Source of the DNA: an uncultured virus (IMG/VR IMGVR_UViG_3300027708_001828)
Lineage: Duplodnaviria; Heunggongvirae; Uroviricota; Caudoviricetes
Length of the DNA stretch: 64,000 bases
IMG/VR virus record: IMGVR_UViG_3300027708_001828
Strand: one strand, 5' to 3'
The stretch's first letter is position 1, and every line of letters begins with the position of its first letter. This document shows positions 1 to 9,905 of this stretch, in pieces. The notes beneath the pieces were generated by a model. The model searched no databases. It worked only from the letters and a program-made list of their open reading frames with translations, and was not told where the DNA came from. A program made the translations under genes and the position numbers.

Positions 1-337
1 AGGCACTAGCGGATTTATTATGCAAATAGGCACTATCCCTCCACACCAAGATGCTACCTATGATATGACCGAGCCTCGCCGCTATATTATCTATATAACT
101 GATCCTGCATATAACACATTTCATCTTCTACACAAAGGTAAAAAGATTTGGCCGCAAATAGATCCTAAATATCGATGCTTTGCGTTCAACAATACAGACG
201 TTGAACATGCCGCAGACCCTACCAGTAGAACTAAAATATTGTTAAGTACTGTTGGTATAATGAATAAAGAAAAGCACGAAGCTTTATTAAAACGCAGTAT
301 AGAAAAATTTAAAGACAAGGTGATATATGGAGTTTGA
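1..337 (+). CDS. 2OG-Fe(II) oxygenase-like protein, C-terminal part (5' truncated by window edge)
   Basis: Frame is open back to base 2. HxD (PPHQD) and distal His (VEHAAD) have facial-triad-like spacing. Confidence 0.5.
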   Translation, partial: GTSGFIMQIGTIPPHQDATYDMTEPRRYIIYITDPAYNTFHLLHKGKKIWPQIDPKYRCFAFNNTDVEHAADPTSRTKILLSTVGIMNKEKHEALLKRSIEKFKDKVIYGV

Positions 338-1016
338 ATATTATTATAATCATGTACCCGGTGAAGAGCCTAGCAGGAATAATTTAATTTATACTAGTCT
401 TATAGATAAAAAGAAAAAGGTGTTTGTACAATGGTACTATAATGATACGGATTATCATCAAGGACAAAATGAAGTTGTTGATCCTAAACTGATGGAAGAA
501 AAGTTTCATAGAGAATTACATTTTTTGAGCAACATGGCTTGGCGCAATCCACATATGGTTCCAAAGATTATAGAAGTTAATGTTCCAGAGCGTAAAATAT
601 ATTTGGCTATCAATGGCGAGGATTTTTGGAATCAAGCAAAATGTAGCGTTGAAAATTATGACAACGTATTGCCTGACTGGCAAGAGCAAATGTTAGCAAT
701 ACTTCAAGCACACAAAGACAGAGGTTGGTATAAATTTAGTTTACATCCTAGCAGTTACTTTATTGTAGACGGTAAATTAAAAAGTATAAATTATTTTTTT
801 ACATACAGTAGCAATGAAGGCCCTATTAGCATCGCAGATCATGCAAGTCATATATACAGTGCAAGACAAGATATTATGCGAAAACAAGTTGACGCGATGG
901 GGTTAGACTGGGATGCTCCACAACCGCTAGATAAATTACAGCAGTTATGTTTTGAAAGTTTTAGAACAAATTATCCAGATGACTTTATAGCAAAGGCCAA
1001 AGCAATATATGATTAA
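327..1016 (+). CDS. Protein-kinase-like fold protein with degenerate catalytic motifs
   Basis: FHRELHFL..VPKIIE..IYL resembles an N-lobe. KFSLHPSS and KSINYF occupy the positions of HxDxxxxN and IDF. Confidence 0.45.
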   Translation: MEFEYYYNHVPGEEPSRNNLIYTSLIDKKKKVFVQWYYNDTDYHQGQNEVVDPKLMEEKFHRELHFLSNMAWRNPHMVPKIIEVNVPERKIYLAINGEDFWNQAKCSVENYDNVLPDWQEQMLAILQAHKDRGWYKFSLHPSSYFIVDGKLKSINYFFTYSSNEGPISIADHASHIYSARQDIMRKQVDAMGLDWDAPQPLDKLQQLCFESFRTNYPDDFIAKAKAIYD

Positions 1017-1803
1017 AGGAATTAATGGACAGCCGTATATAGACATGTCTCCATATATTGATATGTGTGCATTTGATCGTTTGCAACCTGAAATACTAAG
1101 AGGCTTTGCAGATGCACGTGAATATGCTAAAGAAGGCACTTGGATGAAACCTGCTTTTAAAATAGAGGATATGAGTTACATTCCAAATTGGAAACCTATC
1201 TATAAAGCAATTGAAGAATTTTTGGCATTGCCGGATGACAATCCGATTAAACAAGGCGGCATTGACTTGTACAGAGATTTCCAAGATTTTACAATACGCA
1301 ATAGATTTACGCGATATATCAAGATGGCTATGGGCGCATACGATCCTTACATCTATTATTTCCTATGGGAACAAGGTAGTTGGGACGATCGTGACTCACC
1401 GCGCAAACTCACACCCGAAGCTGAATATTTTCCGGGAGTAGTCAAATGGATTGAGGATATGATCGAACATCGTATTTTTGAAAGCATTGGCAGAGTTATT
1501 TTCTTTCACTGCGAAGCCGGTGGTATTCCGTTTGAACATAGAGATCTAGATGGCGAAAAAGGATTACAACAAGGGTATACCGATAATGTAAATGAATTCA
1601 TACACATACGCCCTAACACAAAGAAACCTTTTTACCTGTGGGATCCCGAAACACGTAATCACACATATATTAATAGTCGTGCCGCATGGTGGAATGACCA
1701 AGACTGGCATGGTGGTAATCCTATTATGGAGCAAAGTTACGGTTTACGTATTGACGGAAAATTTACAGAAGAATTTAAATTAACGATAGCCAGTAAAGGT
1801 TAG
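1009..1803 (+). CDS. 2OG-Fe(II) oxygenase-like protein
   Basis: FEHRD ... DWHGG ... LRIDG motif order. Confidence 0.55.
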   Translation: MIKGINGQPYIDMSPYIDMCAFDRLQPEILRGFADAREYAKEGTWMKPAFKIEDMSYIPNWKPIYKAIEEFLALPDDNPIKQGGIDLYRDFQDFTIRNRFTRYIKMAMGAYDPYIYYFLWEQGSWDDRDSPRKLTPEAEYFPGVVKWIEDMIEHRIFESIGRVIFFHCEAGGIPFEHRDLDGEKGLQQGYTDNVNEFIHIRPNTKKPFYLWDPETRNHTYINSRAAWWNDQDWHGGNPIMEQSYGLRIDGKFTEEFKLTIASKG

Positions 1804-2325
1804 CAAGTATTTGGGAACTAGTCCTATATTAGTTCCAGCATGCCAGCTGTGTATGTGGTTGTACTGATAGATGATTCCCTGCGGTTCATTATAATAAGCA
1901 TCCTGTTCGGTAACGAATACATGTCCCGGCGCAGGTTTACTTAAGAAACAAAAAAATCTCACTAGTTCGCCTAACTGCTTGTGCTCTTCTTCCCATGGAT
2001 TGATATCCCAATGCCATGGTGTACATTTACCAGGACGTAGCTCACTGACCCAACACATCAAAGGGTTGGCATTAACAGACATACTGATGGCAAGTTCATA
2101 GTTTTTATGGAAATGCAAACCAGATTGGTAATGTCGATATTCCACTGTATGTTCATTATATCCTGCAGAGGTCAGTGCGGCGGTTTGACTAATATACTCA
2201 TTGTAGTAAGGATTAGATTCTTCCAGTGTCATGTGACCGTGACTGGGTTCAACTTTGCGTGTTTTTATTTCAGCGATTAGACTTTCACACAAAGCCCCAG
2301 TGAGCGTAGCTACATATTTTTTCAT
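1780..2325 (-). CDS. 2OG-Fe(II) oxygenase, Asp/Asn beta-hydroxylase-like
   Basis: PGKCTPWHWD ... PGHVF ... WHAGTNIG; related to the paralogs at 14.9-18.5 kb. Confidence 0.65.
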   Translation of the reverse strand: MKKYVATLTGALCESLIAEIKTRKVEPSHGHMTLEESNPYYNEYISQTAALTSAGYNEHTVEYRHYQSGLHFHKNYELAISMSVNANPLMCWVSELRPGKCTPWHWDINPWEEEHKQLGELVRFFCFLSKPAPGHVFVTEQDAYYNEPQGIIYQYNHIHSWHAGTNIGLVPKYLLTFTGYR

Positions 2326-2987
2326 ATTATTTTAAACTCATTAGGTAAGATGCATTTCAACGAATTTAACTTGTCTTTTTCTATATTAAAATTTATTGTC
2401 ACATTGCCGTATGAAAATTTGTTTATAAATCCTAGTTTATTTGCTTTGTTAAGCCAGGTGCTTATAGTGTTATCAAAAATAAATCTAGCATCGTCGGCAT
2501 TTGCCACAGTTGAAGCTAAAGCCACGCTGACTGGATCTGTCAATTTATTCCTTTTTAGTAACTGTCTAACTACCAACTGTACTCTAGCACGACGACCAAA
2601 GTTAGTAGCAGTATGTAAAACTCCTGCATCCATGTCGTACCATATTCCGTCTTGTACTAATTTGTGTAGTTGTGGTGTCACTAGGTCGATCAAGTAACAT
2701 TGCTCGCCCAATATATTAAGATGATATCTATCATCTATATCTGCATGTGTTTGATAGCATTGATTAGGATCCAAAATAATAATCCTCGCTTCGCCCTTCG
2801 GTACTGGCAACGAGTCATACAAAGTTTGCCAAACTGTATCTTTGTACTCATCCTTTAATACCCACGAGTCGTAGAAGAAATCACCTGTTGACTGGTTAAT
2901 CGTAGTTTTCATACCACCAGTGGGCAACGAACTACAAGCCTCTTGAAATAACTTTGAATCTACTGTATAATCTGTTTGAGTAAGCAT
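2322..2987 (-). CDS. Asp/Asn beta-hydroxylase-like 2OG-Fe(II) oxygenase
   Basis: YQTHADIDDRYHLNI ... LHTATNFG..RVQLV. Start moved to ATG 2987, which avoids overlap with the divergent gene and follows TAAATA. Confidence 0.7.
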   Translation of the reverse strand: MLTQTDYTVDSKLFQEACSSLPTGGMKTTINQSTGDFFYDSWVLKDEYKDTVWQTLYDSLPVPKGEARIIILDPNQCYQTHADIDDRYHLNILGEQCYLIDLVTPQLHKLVQDGIWYDMDAGVLHTATNFGRRARVQLVVRQLLKRNKLTDPVSVALASTVANADDARFIFDNTISTWLNKANKLGFINKFSYGNVTINFNIEKDKLNSLKCILPNEFKII

Positions 2988-2991
2988 GAAA

Positions 2992-3021
2992 TATTTATGT
3001 GCTACTATTATAGTGTAAATA
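2992..3021. promoter_or_regulatory. Back-to-back TAAATA late-promoter-like motifs
   Basis: Minus-strand TAAATA at 2992-2997 is 4 nt from ATG 2987. Plus-strand TAAATA at 3016-3021 is 4 nt from ATG 3026. Confidence 0.6.
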
Positions 3022-3025
3022 AAAC

Positions 3026-3883
3026 ATGGAACGTATACGCATCGCAGAATCCTATGACGAAAAATGGCTAGAGTCCGAGCGGCCACAGCCGTTGATAGAT
3101 AATCATATCGAAGCATTAACTGCACAAGTTGTTAAGGGTGGAGTATTTAAGGATATTACAGATCAAGTATATATAGATTATAAAAAGGAAATGACCAGGT
3201 GGTTATTACAGTCTAAAATTAATACAGTTACAGGATTAGATGATTTTAATCGTGTAGATATTATAAACGGTTGTACACAGTTTATAGACACAGCATATAT
3301 GAACGGACCTGTACAAGTCTTAGCCGGTGACTATAGATATCATGCTAGACTAGGTAATTGTTATATACATCCTGGATTCCTAAGTGAAGAAAAGCAATTA
3401 GTAATTGCTTGGCCATTTCCTAGTACAGGTGACACTCACCCAAAGATGAAGGAGATATTAGATGAAGCGCAAGACAAGGGAATTGGTGTACATGTGGACG
3501 GTGCTTGGCTTACTTGCTGCCGCGGAATTGACTTTGATTTATCACATCCATCTATTAAGTCAGTTGCTATAAGTTTGAGCAAAGGACTGGGACTGGGATG
3601 GAACAGAATTGGCTTACGTTGGACTAAGAGTAAGGATGCTGATGCTGTTACAATACAAAATGACTTCAATATGAATCTTCGGGCTCCTGCTATGATCGGA
3701 CTACATTTTTTACGGAATCTAGAACCGGATTACTTATGGAACACCCACAGCGATAGATACTATAAAATATGTCATGACTTTGTACTCAAACCGACTAGAA
3801 GTATATACCTAGCACTACGCAACGGACAACCGGTTGGTGTTAGCCCATTGATAAGGTATTTAGAAAATGCAAACATTTCATGA
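3026..3883 (+). CDS. PLP-dependent enzyme (fold type I-like)
   Basis: VHVDGAW (PLP-binding Asp) and SLSKGLG (Schiff-base Lys). Confidence 0.65.
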   Translation: MERIRIAESYDEKWLESERPQPLIDNHIEALTAQVVKGGVFKDITDQVYIDYKKEMTRWLLQSKINTVTGLDDFNRVDIINGCTQFIDTAYMNGPVQVLAGDYRYHARLGNCYIHPGFLSEEKQLVIAWPFPSTGDTHPKMKEILDEAQDKGIGVHVDGAWLTCCRGIDFDLSHPSIKSVAISLSKGLGLGWNRIGLRWTKSKDADAVTIQNDFNMNLRAPAMIGLHFLRNLEPDYLWNTHSDRYYKICHDFVLKPTRSIYLALRNGQPVGVSPLIRYLENANIS

Positions 3884-4595
3884 TATAGACAGTGTGCGTA
3901 TTCATTTGCGCGACGACTGGAAAAATGTTGCTATCAGTGTAAGTGGGGGGGCAGACTCTGCGCTATTAGCATACCTAATATGTTCGTTAGTAACAGATCA
4001 AACTGTACATATAATTTCTCACAACCGAATGTGGAAGACTCGTCCATGGCAAAGCTATGATAGTTTTAATGTATATACTTGGCTGTTAACAAGATTTCCA
4101 AATATTAGATTTGTAAGACATATTAATTTTATAGCACCAGACATCGAGTACGGAAATATAGGCCCTAATCTAACTGACGAGTATGGCAAAAAGGTCAGCG
4201 GTGATAATATACAACAACGTGCTTACGCAGAATTTGTTTGTCACACTAACGACGTAGATGCATACTATAATGGTGTTACACGTAATCCTCGTCTAGCACA
4301 GTTCAATGGCATGCTAGAACGCGACATTGAACGTACCAACGATAATGAACATTTGGAATACATGATTCACATGGGAAGAGTTGCATGCCATCCGTTTCGA
4401 TTTGTAGACAAATCATGGGTTGTAAACAAATACAAAGAGTTAGGCATTATGGATTTGTTTGACATTACACGCAGTTGCGAGGGTGAGTTTGAAGATATAA
4501 ATTACACAAATTACAAAGCCGGGCAATACGTTCCCATATGTGGCGAATGTTTCTGGTGTAAAGAAAGGACCTGGGCAATTGAACAAAGCAAGTAA
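3867..4595 (+). CDS. QueC-like PP-loop ATPase with C-terminal Cys cluster
   Basis: SVSGGADS PP-loop; TRSC...CGECFWCKER zinc motif as in QueC. Confidence 0.7.
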   Translation: MQTFHDIDSVRIHLRDDWKNVAISVSGGADSALLAYLICSLVTDQTVHIISHNRMWKTRPWQSYDSFNVYTWLLTRFPNIRFVRHINFIAPDIEYGNIGPNLTDEYGKKVSGDNIQQRAYAEFVCHTNDVDAYYNGVTRNPRLAQFNGMLERDIERTNDNEHLEYMIHMGRVACHPFRFVDKSWVVNKYKELGIMDLFDITRSCEGEFEDINYTNYKAGQYVPICGECFWCKERTWAIEQSK

Positions 4596-5844
4596 AACAT
4601 TTTGTATGCACCCTTTTACAGGATTGGCTACTAGAGAAGACGGCGCCATACAGGCTTGCTGTCGTAGCCACCCTGTTGGTTTTATACAGCAGAACAGTTT
4701 GGAAGAAATTTGGAACAATGACACAATGAAACGTATACGTAAGTCAGTGCTTACTAACATACGTCCGCCAGAGTGCGAGCCATGTTTTAGACTAGAAGAT
4801 CAGGGCGTCGAATCCTTGCGAGAACGTCATATAAGCGGTGTAATCCCCGAAGCACGGGTCAACTTGTACCCCAATGCGTTAAATGCGTTAAAAGACGATT
4901 ACACTATGCCTTTTGAAATTCCTACGATGGAACTAAAGTTAAACAATCTGTGTAACCTCAAATGCCGCATGTGTCACCCAGGAGACAGCACTAGTTGGAA
5001 CGATTGGGATGTAGTAAAAAAGTACTATCAAGGTGAAGGTCAAGTTATTTTTAACATGGTTGAAGAACACGACTTAGAACGCAAGCCATTACTCGACAAG
5101 TTCAAAGATAATAAAGACTGGTGGACAAGTTTAGAAAAGAATTTGCCATATTTTAGACGTGTTGAGTTTGCCGGCGGCGAGCCTTTAATGGATCCACAGC
5201 ATTATCGTATATTGGACATGCTCAAGCCATACGGGCATCAAATTGAAATCAAGTATGCTACCAATGGCACAACATTGGGAATCAAAGGTGGAAGGAATAT
5301 ACATGACTATTGGCCTCATTTTAGAAGTGTTGCCGTTAACGTCAGCATTGACGGCATTGACAATGTTTACAATTACATTCGCGGCAACGGTGATTGGAAT
5401 CAGATTGTTACAAATATAAAAGAAATACAAACTATTCCAAATGTGAGTAGAGTAGTCGGCGCTGTAGCTGTACAAGTTGGTAATATTATGCATCTCGATA
5501 AAATGCTGAAATACTTTTTAGATGATTTAGGAATTGTATTTTATACCAATATGGTTAATCATCCCACGGTGCTGTCAACACAGGTACTACCTGCTCATCT
5601 CAAAGAACAAGCTACTATTAATTTAAATTTTGCTAAACTCTATGTACAAGATTACAAATTGGTAAAACAACATCCTATGTTATTAGATCTTACTCTAAAA
5701 CAGATAGACGGTGTTATTAATTATATGTGGGCAAATGATCATAGCGACCGATGGCAAGATTGCATAGCATTTAATCAAGCATTGGATAAAACACGCAATC
5801 AAAGTTTCTTTGATGTTATACCGGATTTTATAGATTATGCTTAA
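4540..5844 (+). CDS. Radical SAM protein with N-terminal SPASM/twitch-like domain
   Basis: CNLKCRMC, FAGGEP; N-terminal FCMHPF..CC..CEPC. Confidence 0.9.
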   Translation: MANVSGVKKGPGQLNKASKTFCMHPFTGLATREDGAIQACCRSHPVGFIQQNSLEEIWNNDTMKRIRKSVLTNIRPPECEPCFRLEDQGVESLRERHISGVIPEARVNLYPNALNALKDDYTMPFEIPTMELKLNNLCNLKCRMCHPGDSTSWNDWDVVKKYYQGEGQVIFNMVEEHDLERKPLLDKFKDNKDWWTSLEKNLPYFRRVEFAGGEPLMDPQHYRILDMLKPYGHQIEIKYATNGTTLGIKGGRNIHDYWPHFRSVAVNVSIDGIDNVYNYIRGNGDWNQIVTNIKEIQTIPNVSRVVGAVAVQVGNIMHLDKMLKYFLDDLGIVFYTNMVNHPTVLSTQVLPAHLKEQATINLNFAKLYVQDYKLVKQHPMLLDLTLKQIDGVINYMWANDHSDRWQDCIAFNQALDKTRNQSFFDVIPDFIDYA

Positions 5845-6733
5845 GGTAACTAGTCGCTGGCCTCATCAGAACTCTGTCAAGATTGAATGGAATCTTGGAA
5901 AACGTTGCAACTACGATTGCAGTTATTGCCCGAGTGAGATACACGACAACTCCAGTCAGCATACTGACATAGAAATACTTAAGAGTTCTGTGGATCAATT
6001 AATGAAACTAGGAAAACCTATTCGTATTAGTTTTACAGGAGGCGAGCCTACTGTGCATCCCAAGTTCGAAGAGTTGGTGAACTACTGTAAGAATCAAGGC
6101 GTAAGTTGGGTGAGCGTTACTACCAATGGCACACGCAAAGATGATTGGTATGCTAATCTACGTGCAGATCAGATTGTGTTTAGTGTACACATGGAGTACG
6201 ATGTCCGACGAGTTTTAAATACAATCGTAAATGTTAACGAATACTTTGCAGGAAAAGTAATGGTACATGTCATGGCGCATCAGGATCATATGAAGCGCAC
6301 TAGATATATTGCAGGTGCATTGGCCGCAAGTGCTGTTCCACACGCTGTCCGTAGAGTACGTTGGACACAAGGTGATCATGATCTGTTTGACGATATGCGG
6401 TATGGAGCGGACGACCTAGCATGGGTCAAAGAATACGAGACCACTGTAGAAGGTAATTGTATCATTGATGATACTAAAAAGATGCATGCCAACGATGTTA
6501 TTAAACTGCATCTAAACAAGTACAAAGATTGGACTTGTAACGCAGGTATAGAAAGTCTAATGATAAATTGGGATGGCGATGTACACAGAGCCACTTGTAG
6601 AGTTGGCGGTAGTTTGGGCAATATTTATGATGGTAGTTTTGTTGTGCCTAGTCAACCTGTAGTTTGTGATCGTAACTTCTGTACCTGTGCGGCAGACATT
6701 CCACTTACAAAATATGCGTCTAACAAATCTTAA
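5837..6733 (+). CDS. Radical SAM protein with C-terminal SPASM/twitch domain
   Basis: CNYDCSYC, FTGGEP, TTNG; CNAG...C...CDRNFCTC. Confidence 0.9.
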   Translation: MLKVTSRWPHQNSVKIEWNLGKRCNYDCSYCPSEIHDNSSQHTDIEILKSSVDQLMKLGKPIRISFTGGEPTVHPKFEELVNYCKNQGVSWVSVTTNGTRKDDWYANLRADQIVFSVHMEYDVRRVLNTIVNVNEYFAGKVMVHVMAHQDHMKRTRYIAGALAASAVPHAVRRVRWTQGDHDLFDDMRYGADDLAWVKEYETTVEGNCIIDDTKKMHANDVIKLHLNKYKDWTCNAGIESLMINWDGDVHRATCRVGGSLGNIYDGSFVVPSQPVVCDRNFCTCAADIPLTKYASNKS

Positions 6734-7523
6734 TCCTTCTAAGTACAAAAGGTTCTTTGCCTTTGGTTGTAGTTTTACGAAATATTCATGGCCAACTTGG
6801 GCAGATATTATAGGCCAAGATGTGCCTGTTTATCAAAATTGGGCTACACCCGGTGCTGGCAATCATTATATATTTAATAGCATTATGGAAGCCGATGCAC
6901 GATATAAATTTAATAACAATGACTTAGTGATAGTAATGTGGAGTTGTAAAGAGCGAGAAGATCGATACTCTAATAACAAATGGCTGAGTGACACAAATTT
7001 ATCACAAGAAAAAACTTACGGTAAAAAATGGGTTAAAAACTTTGGTACAGATTTGCGCGGCTTTCTAATTAGAGATCTCGGTTACATAGCAGGAGCACAA
7101 AGTACAATACAAAAAGCTAGTTGGGAACAGTTTTGTCTGAACCCGTTAACAAACATCGATGATACTAAAGCAGTATTAGATGGAGTTGACTTAGATTCTA
7201 TTACTGAAGAGATTGGAAGAGAATATTGGATTAAGGCATTTGATAAACTATGCACCGGCAGTGATATTGATCCATACCTTGATAATGCAGATGTTATAGA
7301 AACTTATAAGGATTTATTTTTAAATATTAACAAATCGCTTGAAGGTAGATGGACTTTTGAGTATGTTAAAAATCGTGTAGCACCAAACAATGATAACCAT
7401 CCCACTCCTTTAGAAGCATTGGAATTTTTAAATAATGTATGGCCTGGCAATTCGTTAAGTATTGAAGCACAGAACCATGCAAGACAATGGAACGTTAATC
7501 ATTCGTTAATTACAAGACTTTAG
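6714..7523 (+). CDS. SGNH/GDSL-like protein
   Basis: FAFGCSFT block I and DNHP block V; ATG 6714 chosen as start. Confidence 0.55.
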   Translation: MRLTNLNPSKYKRFFAFGCSFTKYSWPTWADIIGQDVPVYQNWATPGAGNHYIFNSIMEADARYKFNNNDLVIVMWSCKEREDRYSNNKWLSDTNLSQEKTYGKKWVKNFGTDLRGFLIRDLGYIAGAQSTIQKASWEQFCLNPLTNIDDTKAVLDGVDLDSITEEIGREYWIKAFDKLCTGSDIDPYLDNADVIETYKDLFLNINKSLEGRWTFEYVKNRVAPNNDNHPTPLEALEFLNNVWPGNSLSIEAQNHARQWNVNHSLITRL

Positions 7524-8496
7524 ATTTAGTAATATGAGTATCCGATTGACAACTACAATAATTTAATGGACAAATGATTTGCTCTGGGGTAACATCTGCA
7601 TCAAACCCTTCACTAAAAAGATTTAAAGTTTTGCCACCAAATGCGTTTAATTGGCAAGATCCTGCTAGTAAATCTCCGGACGCATTTATACTAATAGATT
7701 CGTAACCAACATTACATTTCCAGTCTTTAAATTTATTCCATCCATTAGTTATTAGTGTATGTGGACGAGCAGTTACCGCAGTATCATCATTAAATAAAAC
7801 AACACTTTCGTGAAATTTAATTTCATTTATTCTTTTAAATATCCAAGTACTGTCCGGTATGCGTTTAAGGCTGTTATTAACATAATCAAACTGTTCTGGA
7901 GTATATACATCTATACCGTGTCCTGGAGCATCGATAATTTCTTTAGTTTGTATGTACCAAGGATGTTTACTAGTCATCATTCGATCAACATAACTAATAC
8001 ATTTGTCCCATTGTTTGGCATCCATCAGCATTAACGCAGTTACTTTCAAACCTGCTTCAAATAATAAATCACCCACAGCAATATGATGATCAATATCCAC
8101 ATACTCGCTATGACAACTAAGAACTGCATCATCAAAATACGCAGAATTATCATTCCACCATCTTAAAGTTCTCGATGCGTTTGTAACAATAGTAATATAA
8201 ACATCGTGACTTTCTTTAAGTTCTTTGCAAAATTGTTCTATGTGTGGCCACATAGTGGGCTCGCCACCGCCCGCTATAGTAAGATGAAATTTCTGTTTAT
8301 TGAGCTTCTTTGTATATGCATCAAATAATTTTTTAAAATTTTTAATTACTAAATCTACATTTTTTGGGTATCGATAACGTTCATCATGCGATCCTGGAAA
8401 ACAATAGCTACAATTAAAATTACAGATATCTGTAGGGAAGAATACAACCTTTACTAAGTTTGTTTCTTGTGTAGAAATAACTTTAATAGGTATCAT
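7510..8496 (-). CDS. Radical SAM protein with C-terminal twitch domain
   Basis: CNFNCSYC, GGGEPT; CNVG...C...CPLNYCSC. Confidence 0.9.
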   Translation of the reverse strand: MIPIKVISTQETNLVKVVFFPTDICNFNCSYCFPGSHDERYRYPKNVDLVIKNFKKLFDAYTKKLNKQKFHLTIAGGGEPTMWPHIEQFCKELKESHDVYITIVTNASRTLRWWNDNSAYFDDAVLSCHSEYVDIDHHIAVGDLLFEAGLKVTALMLMDAKQWDKCISYVDRMMTSKHPWYIQTKEIIDAPGHGIDVYTPEQFDYVNNSLKRIPDSTWIFKRINEIKFHESVVLFNDDTAVTARPHTLITNGWNKFKDWKCNVGYESISINASGDLLAGSCQLNAFGGKTLNLFSEGFDADVTPEQIICPLNYCSCQSDTHITKSKVL

Positions 8497-9905
8497 AGTA
8501 GGTGTTCCAACTCAGGAAATACTTTCTTAGCCGTTAACTTGCGAATAGCATCCAAGTTAACAACATATTCTTTGAAATCTGGCAGCAAGTGTGTATGGTC
8601 TTCTGCTTGTATAAATTTTAAAATAGCTTCCCAGCGTTTCCATCCGTAAGGATTATCTTTCCAGAAGTTGTCGTCCTGTCGGTAGTTGTCCCAAAGCCAT
8701 TGTTTAAAGTCTGCAAACTGTTGCACGATTTCATCTTTGTCTGACTGTGGCAATATCCTAGCACTTAGAAATGTTGGAATATACAACAAGTGTAGGTTGA
8801 TAATGCCACCGCCGGTTTCATAGTCGTCTAGTTTAAACTTATTAATTTTCTTAAAGCCTTGTGATAATTTCCATTTAGCAAAATCGATGATGTGTTTTAC
8901 ATTAAACACCTGTACTGCACATGCAATAGCACAGTGTATGGTATCAGGGGCATTGTCCATTAACCATAAACTACGTTCAATGTCGGCCCAGTCGGTAGGA
9001 TATCGAATGTAATTGTTGCGTTCCATAACTGCATCTATACTAAAAGCATAACGTACTTGCTTGAACTGAGCCCATACTGCAATAATATCTTCGTTGACAA
9101 ATATACCATTGCTGTTGTATCGTAAACTAATGTTCTTAGCATAGCCGCGCTTGATAATTTCATCTAAAAATCTACGATGCTCTTTTATCATCAAAGGCTC
9201 GCCACCGGCAAAGTATAATTGTGTTATGTTAGGAATCTGTTCAAAAACATCGTCCCAAAACTCTGGCTTTTCGTACCACGTGTTATTGAATTCCTCTTTG
9301 TCAAAACCTACCTGCTTCAACACAATAGTACTTTTTGTTTTGGCAACTAGTTTATCATAATCTTGTAACCATCGACTGCTGTCATGTGGACTGCACATGA
9401 CACATTTTAAATTGCAAGTGTGTCCAAGTCTCAAGTCTAGATATCGGATAATAGGAGGCACAGCTCCAGTAGCATCGGTGTCAGCTACAAGTTTATTAAA
9501 ATCAAGGCCGTCATGATTCCACTCGTACATTTCCCATAAGCGTTTGCTTACAACACCGTTGGACTCTTCTTCAAAGCACTTTGTACAGCTGGCAGGTATC
9601 TTGCCTTCTAACATGGTTAACCTTACACTGCGCATGTATTGATTATTGAATGCCTCTAATGGTGTTTCACGTCCAAAGTTTGCAGGTTTGCCATCTTCTT
9701 TCTTAACTAGTCCCACTTCGTGATCACCTGTTGACGCTCCACTGGCATTAGTTACACAGCATAATCTAGCATCACCATTCGGTCGGGTAGCTACATGTAT
9801 CCAGGGCAATGCACAAAAACTATAGCTACCTGTTTTTTGTTTTATAAGTTGTTGACCTGCTCCGATACGTGTATGTTCAGGTTGTAGCCAATATATGTTA
9901 TTCAT
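8493..9905 (-). CDS. Radical SAM protein with N-terminal SPASM/twitch-like domain
   Basis: CNLKCVMC, FAGGEP; FCALPW..CC..CTKC. Confidence 0.9.
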   Translation of the reverse strand: MNNIYWLQPEHTRIGAGQQLIKQKTGSYSFCALPWIHVATRPNGDARLCCVTNASGASTGDHEVGLVKKEDGKPANFGRETPLEAFNNQYMRSVRLTMLEGKIPASCTKCFEEESNGVVSKRLWEMYEWNHDGLDFNKLVADTDATGAVPPIIRYLDLRLGHTCNLKCVMCSPHDSSRWLQDYDKLVAKTKSTIVLKQVGFDKEEFNNTWYEKPEFWDDVFEQIPNITQLYFAGGEPLMIKEHRRFLDEIIKRGYAKNISLRYNSNGIFVNEDIIAVWAQFKQVRYAFSIDAVMERNNYIRYPTDWADIERSLWLMDNAPDTIHCAIACAVQVFNVKHIIDFAKWKLSQGFKKINKFKLDDYETGGGIINLHLLYIPTFLSARILPQSDKDEIVQQFADFKQWLWDNYRQDDNFWKDNPYGWKRWEAILKFIQAEDHTHLLPDFKEYVVNLDAIRKLTAKKVFPELEHLL

